Source: an uncultured Actinomycetes bacterium
GTDB lineage: Bacteria; Actinomycetota; UBA4738; HRBIN12
Assembly: GCA_963704885.1 (NCBI GenBank)
Contig: CAVPIB010000004.1
Span: forward strand, 128,001 to 192,000
Direction: 5' to 3'
Length of the DNA stretch: 64,000 nt
Position numbers and translations under genes: made by a program. The notes beneath the pieces are model-generated. The model made no database searches, was not told where the DNA came from, and was given only the letters and a program-made list of their open reading frames with translations. Numbering within the stretch: position 1 is the first letter of the stretch; each line of letters starts with the position of its first letter. Of this stretch, positions 32,701-42,733 are shown in pieces.

Positions 32701-33240
32701 GACCTTGCCGCGCTCGGCGACGGCGACCTGGTAACCATCGGCGGAATCGTGGGCGCCGTTCAGCGGAGGTTCACCAAACGCGGGGAGCCCTACGCGCAGT
32801 TCCGGTTGGAGGGCCTGGCGGGCGGGGCACAAGTGATCGCGTTCCCGTCGGTGTATGAGGCGGTGCCCGGACTGATCGAGGTGGATCGGATCGTCTTGGT
32901 CACGGGACGCATCGACCTGCGTGGACGTGAGCTGCAGATCCGAGCGAACGAGATCCGCGAGCCTGATCTGGGCGAGGCCGCTCTGGAGTTCGTTCCTCGC
33001 CGGGTGGAGGTCGACCTCCCCGCCGCAGCTTGCACACCTGCGGTGCTCGCCCGAGTGAAGGAGCTCTTGGAGTCCCACCCGGGGAGCGCACCGGTACAGG
33101 TCCGGTTTCAGTCGTCTCAGGGCGTCACCCCCCTCGAGGTCGGGAGCGTTCGGGTAGACCCGTCGGCGTCGCTGCTGGGCGAGCTGCGTTCTCTCCTCGG
33201 CGCCGGGGCGGCCCGCGTCGGTCCGGACGACGTCGCGTAG
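29716..33240 (+). CDS. dnaE: DNA polymerase III alpha subunit
   Basis: HLHVHSEYSLLDG PHP, GPGRGSAAGS, MPDIDMDF, KMDFLGL, C-terminal OB fold. Confidence 0.98.
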   Translation: MTDQGFVHLHVHSEYSLLDGAARIEAPKFHPDAPTIFTEAERHGMTAVAVTDHGAMFGALRFFEEGRRAGIKPIIGVEAYVAPSSRFERDPGQNEEKYHHLTLLAQNEAGYRNLLKLVSAAYLEGFYHRPRMDKELLAEHAEGVICLSGCLSSEIATLLLAGQDRKAEEAAARYRDIFGPDRYFIELQDHGIADQRRVLPKQIELARSLDIPLVATNDLHYTVREDAKPHDVLLCIQQQKLQSDPKRLRFDSDQFYLKSAEEMRRVFRELPEACDNTLRIAEGVDLDLVFGDRAPADQRFHLPKFEVPPGKELDSYLGELTREGARGRYGEITDEIAGRIDDELAVITQMGFAGYFLIVWDLIRFARESGIRVGPGRGSAAGSVVSYCLRITDLDPLRYGLIFERFLNPERRQMPDIDMDFDERRRDEVIRYATERYGSDHVAQIITFQTIKGKQGIRDAARVLGFPAATGDRLCKMYPPAIMGRDEPIERALEISPELREAYEKEPEAKEIVDTARALEGLRREDSVHAAGVVIGDAPLVNYLPLKLSKDSRDDSKRVVTQFDMHGVEELGLLKMDFLGLRNLSVIDDTVRHLKARGVELDIDHVPLDDAETYAMLCRADTTGVFQMESPGVRSLIKLLEPDRFEDLMALVALYRPGLLSMGQHTEYAERKHGRKPVTYPHPDLEPVLKDTYGIIVYQEQVMQAAVVMAGYSMGQADTLRKVMGKKIRELLPPHRDAFVKGCVERGHPTRMAEDLFELIVPFADYGFNASHACAYGYVAYQTAYLKAHHPVEYMSAMLTSVKDDKDRKPFYLYACRGMAIQVLPPDVNGSETDFAPAPGDDPAIRYGLSAIRNVGEGAVSHIIAARLTKGAFTSFADFCRKVEPSVLTKRVLESLIFAGAFDSMGYSRRALIENHDKVSGPIVAERKAEAAGQFSLFGGDSGVNEVDESVLDGEEFDKRTLLREEKEMLGQFVTDHPLLGVEDALSAQTTHEIADLAALGDGDLVTIGGIVGAVQRRFTKRGEPYAQFRLEGLAGGAQVIAFPSVYEAVPGLIEVDRIVLVTGRIDLRGRELQIRANEIREPDLGEAALEFVPRRVEVDLPAAACTPAVLARVKELLESHPGSAPVQVRFQSSQGVTPLEVGSVRVDPSASLLGELRSLLGAGAARVGPDDVA

Positions 33241-33250
33241 GCCGGGCCCG

Positions 33251-33962
33251 ATGGGGTTCGCGCTCATCCCCGCGATCGACGTGCAGGATGGGTCGCTGGT
33301 TCGATACACCCCGGAAGGACCAGCGCCGATGGCGGCGTTCGGGGGCGACCCGGTGCTGGCCGCACGCACGTGCCTGGCGGCCGGCGTCACATGGGTCCAC
33401 GTCGTCGACATGGACCGGGCCTTCACCGGCGTAGCCCGCAACCTCGGCGTCGTGACCGCGGTGGCCGAGCTGGGTCTGAGGGTGCAGGCGGCCGGTGGCG
33501 TGATGTCCGCCATGGATGTCGACCTGGCCCTCTCGGCCGGGGCAGAGAGGGTGGTCTTGGGCTCCGGGGCCCTCCTCGACCTGGAGGAGGCCGCGAGCCT
33601 GATCGGCGAGGTCGGCGATCGACTCGTCGTCGGGATCGAGGTGGAAGGCGGACGGATCCGCGCGCGAGGCCGCAGCGCGACCGACCTTCCGCTCGAAGCG
33701 ACACTGGGCGCGCTCACGACCGCCGGGGCGGCGAGATTCCTGGTGACGTCGATCCCGCGCGTGGGGTCGCTGGGTGGTCCCGACATGGACGTGGTCCGTC
33801 AGGTCGTCGGCACCGGCCGCCCCGTGCTGGCGGCCGGTGGTATCGCGAGCGTCGAGCACTTGGCCGAGACTGCGTCGGTCGGGGGCCGAGGGAGCAGTGG
33901 TGGGACGTGCCGCCCTCGAGGGCGAACTCGACCTCGCGTCCGCGATCGCTTCTCTCGAGTGA
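33251..33962 (+). CDS. HisA/PriA-family isomerase, frame-broken near 33868
   Basis: LIPAIDV, HVVDMDRA, ERVVLGS, LAAGGI; C-terminus GAEGAVVGRAALEG is in the next frame. Confidence 0.8.
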
Positions 33963-34004
33963 GCGCCGGAGGGTCAGAACCCGCCCGCTAGACTCGTCGG
34001 CCCG

Positions 34005-34784
34005 ATGGGTTTCCTCTCCGACATCACCGCCGAGCGAAGGCGAACCCTGGAGCGTCGGCCTCTCGACGCGTCCATCCTGCTGGGTCGCGCCCTGGCGCTG
34101 CCGCTCACCCGCGGATTCACGGCCGCGCTCAGGGCGCGGACGCCCGCGGTGATCGCGGAGGTCAAACGGGCCTCGCCGTCCGCGGGCGAGATCGCCGATC
34201 GAGACCCCGGCGAACAGGCCGCCGCGTACGCCGCGGCCGGTGCGGCCGCCATCTCGGTACTGACGGAGCCGGTTCATTTCAACGGCTCCCTGGCCGATAT
34301 GCGTTGCGCGAGGGTGGTGTGTGAGCTTCCCATCATGCGGAAGGACTTCCTGGTCCATCCGGACGAGATCATCCAGTCTCGAGCCGCAGGAGCCGACGCG
34401 GTGCTGCTGATCGCGGCGTGCCTGTCGAAGGACGAGCTCGTGGCCATGCTGGCCACGGCGCAGGATCTTGGCCTAGACGCTCTGGTCGAGACGCACTCCG
34501 ACGAGGACCTGCAGAAGGCGCTCGACGCGGGAGCCGAAGTCATCGGGGTGAACGCCCGCGACCTGGAGACGCTCGAGGTAGACGTCGAGCGAGCGCTGGA
34601 GCAACTAAGGCGGATCCCTGCCGACCGGATCGCGGTCATGGAGAGCGGGATCGCCTCGCGGGCTCAGGTGGAGGCCGCCGTCGCTGCCGGGGCGTCTGCC
34701 ATCCTTGTGGGAGAAGCGCTGATGCGCTCCGACGATCCCGGGGCGAAGATCCGAGATCTGCTGGGAGAGGAGTCCTCGAGATGA
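34005..34784 (+). CDS. trpC: Indole-3-glycerol phosphate synthase
   Basis: [31 protein letters not shown]. Confidence 0.96.
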   Translation: MGFLSDITAERRRTLERRPLDASILLGRALALPLTRGFTAALRARTPAVIAEVKRASPSAGEIADRDPGEQAAAYAAAGAAAISVLTEPVHFNGSLADMRCARVVCELPIMRKDFLVHPDEIIQSRAAGADAVLLIAACLSKDELVAMLATAQDLGLDALVETHSDEDLQKALDAGAEVIGVNARDLETLEVDVERALEQLRRIPADRIAVMESGIASRAQVEAAVAAGASAILVGEALMRSDDPGAKIRDLLGEESSR

Positions 34785-35989
34785 GCACCGTCGCCGAGCT
34801 GCCACCCGCGGTGCCGGATGATCGTGGCCGGTTCGGGTCCTACGGGGGCCGCTACGTACCCGAGGTGCTGATCCCGGCCCTCGACGAGCTAGCTGCGGCC
34901 TGGGCCGAGCTCAGAGACGATCCAGGGTTCCGCGGCGAGCTGGACGCGCTGCTCCGTGACTACGTGGGTAGGCCCACGCCTGTCACCCACGCCGGGCGGC
35001 TCTCAGATGAGCTCGGGTACGACATCTGGTTGAAGCGTGAGGATCTCGCCCACACGGGTGCGCACAAGATCAACAACGGCCTGGGCCAGGCGTTGCTTGC
35101 CAAACGCCTGGGCAAGCGAAGGATCATCGCGGAGACGGGTGCCGGGCAACACGGCGTGGCCGCCGCCACGGCGTGCGCGCTTCTGGGGCTGCCTTGCGTG
35201 GTGTACATGGGCGAGGAGGACACGCACCGCCAGGCGCCGAACGTCGCGCGCATGAAGCTGCTCGGCGCCGAGGTCGTGCCCGTGACGGCCGGGAGCCGCA
35301 CCTTGAAGGAGGCGGTCAACGAGGCGCTCCGCGATTGGGCGACGTCCGTGCGCGACACCCACTACATCATCGGCTCGGTCGTCGGACCGCATCCGTTCCC
35401 CTTGCTGGTCCGCGATCTCCAGCGCGTGATCGGTGACGAGGCACGCGCGCAGTTCGCCGATATCCATGGCGTCGACCCGCAGGTGGTGGTGGCTTGCGTC
35501 GGAGGTGGGAGCAACGCGATAGGGATGTTCACGGCGTTCGTGGGCGCCCCCGGGGTGCGGCTGATCGGTGTGGAGGCGGGTGGGCGCGGGTCGCAGCTGG
35601 GGGAGCATTGCTCGTCCATCACGCAGGGACAGCCGGGTATCTTGCACGGCGCGCTCTCATACCTCCTCCAAGATGCGAACGGCCAGGTCGCCGACACGCA
35701 CTCCATCTCGGCCGGCCTGGATTATCCGGGGGTCGGGCCGGAGCATGCATACCTGCAGGACGCCGGCCTTGCGTCTTACGTGTCGGCCAGCGACCGTGAG
35801 GCGCTCGCGGGGTTCCAGGCGCTCGCCCGCACCGAAGGGATCCTGCCCGCCCTCGAGCCGTCGCATGTGATCGGATGGCTCCTCTCGCGGCCTCTACCTG
35901 AGGGGTCGACCATCCTGGTCTGCCTCTCCGGGCGGGGAGACAAGGACCTGGACACGATCCGGGCAGCGCTCGAAGGTTCGGATGCCTGA
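34781..35989 (+). CDS. trpB: Tryptophan synthase beta
   Basis: [49 protein letters not shown]. Confidence 0.98.
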   Translation: MSTVAELPPAVPDDRGRFGSYGGRYVPEVLIPALDELAAAWAELRDDPGFRGELDALLRDYVGRPTPVTHAGRLSDELGYDIWLKREDLAHTGAHKINNGLGQALLAKRLGKRRIIAETGAGQHGVAAATACALLGLPCVVYMGEEDTHRQAPNVARMKLLGAEVVPVTAGSRTLKEAVNEALRDWATSVRDTHYIIGSVVGPHPFPLLVRDLQRVIGDEARAQFADIHGVDPQVVVACVGGGSNAIGMFTAFVGAPGVRLIGVEAGGRGSQLGEHCSSITQGQPGILHGALSYLLQDANGQVADTHSISAGLDYPGVGPEHAYLQDAGLASYVSASDREALAGFQALARTEGILPALEPSHVIGWLLSRPLPEGSTILVCLSGRGDKDLDTIRAALEGSDA

Positions 35990-36755
35990 CCTGGAGGCGG
36001 CGCTTCGCGGGAGACGTGACGAGGGGGGGCGCGCGTTCGTTCCCTATGTAACGGGTGGTCTCCCCGGCATAGACGCCGCTCTCATGCGGGGCCTGCAAGA
36101 GGCTGGGGCCGACGCCCTGGAGGTCGGCATCCCGTTCTCAGACCCCGTGATGGACGGAGGTGTTATCCAGGAGTCCTCCCGACTGGCGCTTCAGGCAGGC
36201 GCGACGCCGGACTCGATACTCCGCACGATCGAGGAGGCGGACCTCGACCTCCCCGTGGTGGTCATGACATACGTGAACCCGGTCTTCCGAGCGGGGTTCG
36301 ATGAATTCCTCACAGCGGCCGAGGGCGTCGGTGTGGCAGGAGCCATCGTGCCCGACCTTCCGGTCGACGAGGCCGGTGAGTGGATGGATGCCTGCGGCGC
36401 ACACGGGCTGGCCGCGGTTCAGCTGGCCGCCCCGGACACGTCGGGAGACCGCCTGGCCCGCATCGCCACCGTCTCGCGGGGCTTCGTTTACTGCGTGGCG
36501 ACCTATGGCGTCACGGGAGCCCGCGAGTCCGTCGCCGCCTCGGCCCGCGAGCTGGTGGATCGTCTCCGGCCCCTGACGGACCTGCCGCTCCTGGTGGGGG
36601 TGGGTGTGGGGACCCCGGTGCAGGCCACGCAGGTGTCGTCCTTCGCCGATGGGGCGATCGTGGGTAGCGCCCTCATGCAACGGTTCCTGGAGTCCGGGGG
36701 AGAGGGGCTGCTAGGGTCCGCTCGAGCCTTCAGGGCCGCGCTGCCCCTGAACTAG
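35982..36755 (+). CDS. trpA: Tryptophan synthase alpha
   Basis: [27 protein letters not shown]. Confidence 0.96.
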   Translation: MPDLEAALRGRRDEGGRAFVPYVTGGLPGIDAALMRGLQEAGADALEVGIPFSDPVMDGGVIQESSRLALQAGATPDSILRTIEEADLDLPVVVMTYVNPVFRAGFDEFLTAAEGVGVAGAIVPDLPVDEAGEWMDACGAHGLAAVQLAAPDTSGDRLARIATVSRGFVYCVATYGVTGARESVAASARELVDRLRPLTDLPLLVGVGVGTPVQATQVSSFADGAIVGSALMQRFLESGGEGLLGSARAFRAALPLN

Positions 36756-36895
36756 GCCATCCCGAAGGGCCAGCGCCTGCGTATCCGAGTGTGACCGGTA
36801 CGGGTGCGTGTGCACCGAACGGATGGCTGGTCTTGTACCGCGTTATGTGGTACCAACCACCATCCAAAGTAAGAGAAGGAACGGAGGGAGGGTCT

Positions 36896-38238
36896 ATGAA
36901 GCGTAGTGTCGTATTGAGGCTATTCGCGCTCGTCGCGGTGCTTTCGCTCGTCGGAGCCGCGTGCGCGAGTGACGACGAGGAGCCGACACCCGGCGGGGAC
37001 ACCGGTGGCGACGGCGGAGGAGCCACCGTCGACTGTGCCACGGTCGAGTTCGGCTGCGTCGAGGTGGCCGCTGGGGCGCCGATCCAGCTCGCCTCGTTGT
37101 TGGCGATCTCGGGAGACGCGTCGTTCCTCGGCATCGACAGCAACCACGGTGTCCAGCTGGCGATCGACAACCTGGACGGAGCCTGGATGCCACGGACGGG
37201 CAGCTGCTGGGCCACGACGTCACGCTCCAGCAGGAAGACGACCTCTGCTCGGCTGAGGGAGGTTCGGCTGGTGCCACGGCGCTTGCCGCTAACCCGGACA
37301 TCGTCGCGGTCTTCGGGACTTCGTGCTCGAGCGCAGCGCTCGGAGTCGCGGACCAGATCCTGAGTGACAAGGGCATCCTGCTGTTCTCGCCGTCGAACAC
37401 GAACCCGGGACTGACGTCGGAAGAGGCGCACCAGCCCTTCTACGGACGCACCGCGCACAACGACCGGATCCAGGGTGCGATCGTCGCGCAGTACGTGTAC
37501 ACCGAGCTCGGCCTCACGACGGCCGCGACGATCAACGACGAGAGCCCATATGCCGATGGATTGGCTGCCGCGTTCCGCAACAACTTCGAGGCGCTCGGCG
37601 GCACGATCACCGACATCGAGCAGGTCAACAGCGGCGACACTGACCTCGGTCCCGTTCTGACCAGCATCGCCGCCGGCAAGCCGGATGTCGTGTACGGTCC
37701 GAACTTCAACCCCGTCTGCGCCTTGAGCTACACGCAGGGAGCGAAGATCCTGCCCCAGGGCACGATCCAGATCGGGTCGGACGGCTGCCTGGAGAGCTCG
37801 TTCATCGACACGGTCGGTAAGCCGGTCGCGGGGGCGCAGTACATCGCCTCGTCGCCGGACGTCACCGTGTTCCAGGGCGGCGCGTTCTACAACGACACGT
37901 ACCTCCCGGCCTACACGGAGCAGTTCGGAGAGCCCACGTCGGTCTTCAACGCTCACGCCTTCGACGCGGTGAACGTTGTGTTCGACGCGATCGAGGCCGT
38001 GGCTATCGACGATGGGAGCGGCAATCTCTCCATCCCCCGAGTTGCTCTGCGCGACGCGGTCTTCGCGACGAGCGGCTACGAGGGTCTCACGGGGATCATC
38101 ACCTGCACCCCGCTGGGGGACTGCGCGACCGACGTTACGATCGGTATCTTCGAGTACGACTTCTGGCCGGTTGCAGGCGGATCCACGCCTGCCGACCCGG
38201 TCTTCTCGAAGACGTTGACGCTGGCTGACGTCGCCTAG
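36896..38238 (+). CDS. Liv-type ABC substrate-binding lipoprotein, frame-broken near 37183
   Basis: Lipobox GAAC; after the shift it reads GQLLGHDVTLQQEDDLCSAEGG...GTSCSSAA...SPSNT, continuous with ORF 37495-38238. Confidence 0.85.
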
Positions 38239-38258
38239 CACGAACGGACGCGGCAAGA

Positions 38259-38286
38259 TGCGGGTGGGCCTTCTGGCCCACCCGCA
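38259..38286 (+). terminator. Stem-loop after SBP gene
   Basis: TGCGGGTGGGCC-TTCT-GGCCCACCCGCA, 12-bp perfect stem, no U-tract. Confidence 0.6.
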
Positions 38287-38314
38287 GCCGCGCCTGAGGA
38301 TGTAGGCTCCTCCG

Positions 38315-39423
38315 ATGGCTACCGGGTCCCACGAGCCAGGCCACAGCCGCAACGCGCGCGGTTGGGGCGATTCGAGCGCCTGCCATGGCGAGGGATCATC
38401 CTGGTCGTGTTGTCGGTGCTGATCGTCTCGATCGTCTCGATCGGTGCTTACAAGACGCTCACATTGCCGGCCGAGGACCGCTATTCCTTCGACTCGTGGC
38501 GGAACTTCATCGTCCTGGGCATCGCCCAGGGCGCGATCATCGCCCTCATCGCGCTCGGGTACACGCTCGTGTACGGGATCCTGCAGATGATCAACTTCGC
38601 CCACGGCGAGGTCTTCATGTTCGGGGCCTTCGCCGCGTACTTCTTCTCCTCCGCCTACGAGCGAAGTGGCTTCCTCAACTCGAACCCGGTGGTCTCGATC
38701 GCGATCATGCTCATGGTGGCGATGCTCACGTCGATGGGCGTCGCCGTCTTGCTCGAGCGGGTCGCCTATAGACCGCTCCGGAACGCCCCTAGGCTGGTCC
38801 CGCTCATCACGGCGATCGGAGCCTCGCTGTTCCTCCAGAACACCGCGCGAGGGTTCTTCGGGGCAAAGAACCGCGGGTTCGGCGTCCCGGACGTCCTCGA
38901 GGGTACGTGGACGATCCTGGGTCTGGAAGTCAGGAGGGTCCAGGTCATGGTCGTCCTGACCGTGATCGTGGCGGTCGTTGTCCTGTCGTTGTTCATCGCC
39001 CGGACGCGGACCGGGAAATCGATGCGCGCCGTCGCGGCCGATAGCGAGATCGCGAGCCTCATGGGGATCCCGGTCGATCGAGTGATCGTTATCACCTTCG
39101 CGATCGGCGGTCTGCTCGCCGGCATCGCGGCCGTGTTGTTCTCCATAACGTTCGAATCGGTCAACTTCTCGATGGGGGTCCGGTTAGGGATCACCGCGTT
39201 CACGGCGGCCGTCCTCGGCGGGATCGGCAGCGTCGCCGGGGCCGCGCTGGGGGGCTTGACCTTGGGACTCTTGCAGTCCCTGGGCCCAGCGCTCATCCTG
39301 ACCGGCTACGGCATCCCCTCACCGTTCCAGCTGAAGGACGCATTCACCTTCCTGGTTCTCGTCTTGGTCCTCGTCTTCAGGCCCGGCGGGATCCTGGGCT
39401 CCGGGGAATCGGAGAAGGTCTGA
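38315..39423 (+). CDS. Branched-chain amino acid ABC permease LivH-like (probable missing G near 38365)
   Basis: ALGYTLVYG..INFAHGE, AAVLGGIG; leaderless-type ATG 38315 is out of frame by one base. Confidence 0.88.
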
Positions 39424-41220
39424 ATGGGCGGCGTCTCGAGGCGCTCGATCGTGCGAGGGGGTCTGATCGGGGGCGTGGCCGCGATCTATCTCGCGCTCGT
39501 TGGCCTCTACACCAAGTTCGCCACCCTCGAGTTGGTCGGCGAGCAGGTCACCCTGGGCCGGGTGCTGCTCGTCGCACCGGCCCTCGTCACCGCATACGCG
39601 GTGACACGACCTCGCGTCGAGGCGGGCGAACGTCGTCCGGTCGCCTTCCCCGCCGGGGTAGGTGTAGGGGGATGGGCAGGGCTCGCGACGGGTGTGGTCT
39701 TCGCGGGCGCCGTCGCCTTCGCCGAGTGGTTCGGTGTCGACCGGATCAGGGAGATCTTCGTTTCGGTCACCGAGGCCTTGATCGACTTCCTGACGCTTGG
39801 GAGGGGGGTGCCCGGCGGGCTCCTGCTGCTGGTTGGCGTTTGCGGGGTCGGAGGGGCTATCGGCGGTTTCGCCCGGACCGCACCGGCGAGGATCCGCCAT
39901 CCGGTGACCACCGGACTCCTCGCGGTCCTGCTGCTGGGGATGCTCCAGCGCATCGTCCCGATCGTCTTCGTCGAGCTCGGCTTCGAGGTGGACTGGCTCT
40001 ACCGGCGTGGCCGTGGACTCACCTTCTTGGGGGCTGCGATCGTCTTCCTCTTGGGGGCTGGCGCGAGCGTGTTCTGGAACCGGAACGAGGGAAGCGCGCG
40101 GGAGCAGCTCCGTCAGAAGGTACGGGCCGAGCCGGCGGCGCGCCTAGGCTTGCTCGTCGTCATCATCGCCGTCCTGTTCTCCCTGCCGCTGCTGCTGGGG
40201 TCGGTGATCTCAGAGGTCCTGTCCCAGGTGATGGTCTACGTGCTGCTCGGGATCGGGTTGAACATCGTGGTCGGGTACGCGGGGTTGCTCGACCTTGGAT
40301 ACGTGGCCTTCTTCGCGTTCGGGGCATACAGCACGGCGGTGTTGACCGGGGCGTTCCTCAACACCACTGAAGGTGCGGCGGAACCGGCGCTCTCGGCGCA
40401 CTTCAACTTCTACGTGGCCGTGTTGATCGTCGCTGCTCTCGCCGCCGGCGTCGGACTACTCATCGGCGCGCCTGTGCTTCGCCTGCGCGGCGACTACCTG
40501 GCGATCGTCACGCTCGGGTTGGGCGAGATCGTCACCGTCATCACGGCGTCGAAATGGGCGCAGCCGCTGATCGGTGGGCCTCAGGGCATGCGTGGCGTCA
40601 CCAAGGCCCAGGTCCTGGGATTCAATCCCCAGGACCATCCGCAGCAGTTCTACTACCTGGCGTTGGCCTTCGTAGTGCTGGCTTTATTCGTCTCCTGGAG
40701 GCTCGAGTCGTCTCGCGTCGGCAGAGCGTGGAACGCCATGCGGGAAGACGAACAGGTCGCGGACGCGATGGGCATCAGCACGACCCGGTTCAAGCTGCTT
40801 GCCTTCGCGATGGGCGGCGCGATCGGCTCGCTCGGCGGTGCGCTCTTCGCCGTCAACCTGGGCTCCCTGTCACCTGCGAGCTTCGAGATCTTCGTTTCGA
40901 TCACCGCGCTCTCCGTGGTGGTCCTGGGTGGCATGGGCAGCCTCCCTGGGGTCGTGGTCGGCGCGCTCGTACTGATCGGCCTGCCTGGACTGCTCCGCGA
41001 GTTCGAGGAGTACCGCCTGCTGATCTACGGTGGGGCGATCATCGCCATCATGATCCTGCGCCCGGAAGGTCTGATCCCCAACGTTCGCCGCAGCCGCGAG
41101 TTGGAGGCGTCTGAGAGCGCGCAGGATGCTTGGGCGAAGGGCGCGGTTGGCGAGGCCGAGGCGGTCGCCGGCGTCCTACCTGGAGGGGCGCTGGGTGGCG
41201 ACGTGGAGGACTTGGAATGA
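39424..41220 (+). CDS. LivM-like permease with long N-terminal membrane extension
   Basis: GLNIVVGYAGLLDLGYVAFF, LRLRGDYLAIVTLG, VVLGGMG. Confidence 0.92.
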   Translation: MGGVSRRSIVRGGLIGGVAAIYLALVGLYTKFATLELVGEQVTLGRVLLVAPALVTAYAVTRPRVEAGERRPVAFPAGVGVGGWAGLATGVVFAGAVAFAEWFGVDRIREIFVSVTEALIDFLTLGRGVPGGLLLLVGVCGVGGAIGGFARTAPARIRHPVTTGLLAVLLLGMLQRIVPIVFVELGFEVDWLYRRGRGLTFLGAAIVFLLGAGASVFWNRNEGSAREQLRQKVRAEPAARLGLLVVIIAVLFSLPLLLGSVISEVLSQVMVYVLLGIGLNIVVGYAGLLDLGYVAFFAFGAYSTAVLTGAFLNTTEGAAEPALSAHFNFYVAVLIVAALAAGVGLLIGAPVLRLRGDYLAIVTLGLGEIVTVITASKWAQPLIGGPQGMRGVTKAQVLGFNPQDHPQQFYYLALAFVVLALFVSWRLESSRVGRAWNAMREDEQVADAMGISTTRFKLLAFAMGGAIGSLGGALFAVNLGSLSPASFEIFVSITALSVVVLGGMGSLPGVVVGALVLIGLPGLLREFEEYRLLIYGGAIIAIMILRPEGLIPNVRRSRELEASESAQDAWAKGAVGEAEAVAGVLPGGALGGDVEDLE

Positions 41221-42008
41221 GCGACCGGTCCCATCAATTAGAGCTGATCGGTGTCCAGAAGCACTTCGGCGGCCTGTACGCGCTGTCCGGGTTGGACATG
41301 CACGTCGACGCCGGAGAGATCGTCTCGGTGATCGGGCCCAACGGCGCCGGCAAGAGCACGATGTTCAACGTGATCACCGGTCTGTACGGGCCAGACGAGG
41401 GAGACGTCCGGTTCCGCGGTGACAGCGTCGTGGGTCTATCGCCGAACCGGATCACTCGGCTGGGCATCTCCAGGACGTTCCAGACCGTGCATCTGTTCCC
41501 CAACATGACCGTGCTAGAGAACGCCATGGTCGGCCAGCACTGCCGGTCCCGGGCGGGAGTGTTCGGCTCGATCGCGCGGTTGCCGCGCACCCGCCGCGAA
41601 GAGGAGCGGATCCGTCAGCGCGCGAAGGAGAGCCTCGCCTTCTTCGGCTCTCGCCTCGCGGGATACCGGGAGGAGCAGCCTGCGTTCGCGTTGTCCTACG
41701 CCAACCGACGCCGGCTCGAGATGGCCCGTGCGTTAGCTACCGACCCCGTGCTCGTCATGCTCGACGAGCCGACCGCCGGGATGAACCCCACCGAGACGAT
41801 CGAGCTCAAGGACCACATCGTTCGGATGCGCGACGAGCTCGGCCTCACGGTTCTCGTGATCGAGCACGACATGCGCGTGGTAAAGGGTGTGTCGGACCGC
41901 GTGATCGCGCTCGACTACGGACGCAAGATCGCCGAGGGGACCTACGCGGAGGTCGCGAACGACCCTCAGGTGATCGAGGCCTACCTCGGCACGAAGGCTG
42001 TCGGATGA
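41217..42008 (+). CDS. LivG-like ABC ATPase
   Basis: GPNGAGKS, LSYANRRRLE, DEPTAG, IEHDM. Confidence 0.93.
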   Translation: MSDRSHQLELIGVQKHFGGLYALSGLDMHVDAGEIVSVIGPNGAGKSTMFNVITGLYGPDEGDVRFRGDSVVGLSPNRITRLGISRTFQTVHLFPNMTVLENAMVGQHCRSRAGVFGSIARLPRTRREEERIRQRAKESLAFFGSRLAGYREEQPAFALSYANRRRLEMARALATDPVLVMLDEPTAGMNPTETIELKDHIVRMRDELGLTVLVIEHDMRVVKGVSDRVIALDYGRKIAEGTYAEVANDPQVIEAYLGTKAVG

Positions 42009-42733
42009 CCGAAGAGCGTCAACCGATCCTCGAGCTGCGAGACGTGTCGACCCACTATGGGCTGGTCGCGGTGCTCCGGCACGTGAACGTACAGATCTAC
42101 CCCGGCGAGATGGTGTGCCTGCTGGGCGGCAACGCGAGTGGCAAGACCACCACCCTCAAGACGATCCTCGGCTTCGTGAAGCCGAGCGAGGGGGACGTGG
42201 TCCTCTCAGGCGAAGTGGTGAGTGGCATGCCGATCACCGAGGTCGTGCGGCGCGGAGTCTCCATGGTTCCGGAGAATCGCCGGTTGTTCGCCAACATGAC
42301 GGTGTCTGAGAACCTCGATCTGGGCGCCTATCAACGCACCGACCGCCCCGGGATCGCCGAGGACCGGGAGCGCTTGATGGACGTGTTCCCACGCGTCCGC
42401 GAGCGGCTGAAGCAGAAGGCGGGCACCCTCTCCGGCGGCGAGCAGCAGATGGTGGCCATGTGCCGCGCGTTGATGGCCAAACCGAAGGTGCTGCTGATGG
42501 ACGAGCCATCCATGGGGCTCGCCCCGGTCCTGGTCGATCAGGTTTTCGAGATCATCAAACAGATCCGATCCCTGGGGACGACCATCTTCGTCGTGGAACA
42601 GAACGCGAACATGGCACTGTCGATCGCCGATCGCGGGTACGTGATCCAGACCGGCGAGGTGGTCCTGTCCGATACCGCTGCGAACCTACTGGTCAACCCA
42701 CTGATGCGAGAGGCGTACCTGGGGGAGCTCTGA
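42005..42733 (+). CDS. LivF-like ABC ATPase
   Basis: GGNASGKTT, LSGGEQQM, DEPSMGLAP, VEQNA. Confidence 0.93.
   Translation: MTEERQPILELRDVSTHYGLVAVLRHVNVQIYPGEMVCLLGGNASGKTTTLKTILGFVKPSEGDVVLSGEVVSGMPITEVVRRGVSMVPENRRLFANMTVSENLDLGAYQRTDRPGIAEDRERLMDVFPRVRERLKQKAGTLSGGEQQMVAMCRALMAKPKVLLMDEPSMGLAPVLVDQVFEIIKQIRSLGTTIFVVEQNANMALSIADRGYVIQTGEVVLSDTAANLLVNPLMREAYLGEL

Noticed and set aside
29716-33240. Intein in DnaE
   Set aside because: Normal length (~1175 aa) and no splice-junction motifs seen
31201-33786. 861-aa minus-strand ORF
   Set aside because: Antisense shadow of dnaE and the hisA-like gene; stop-poor reverse frames are expected at this GC content; no motifs
36825-36870. GGT-N5-ACC and TGGTACCA palindromes upstream of the Liv SBP as a GntR-type operator
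   Set aside because: Too short to distinguish from chance and no adjacent regulator
36730-38604. 624-aa minus-strand ORF
   Set aside because: Shadow of the SBP and livH genes
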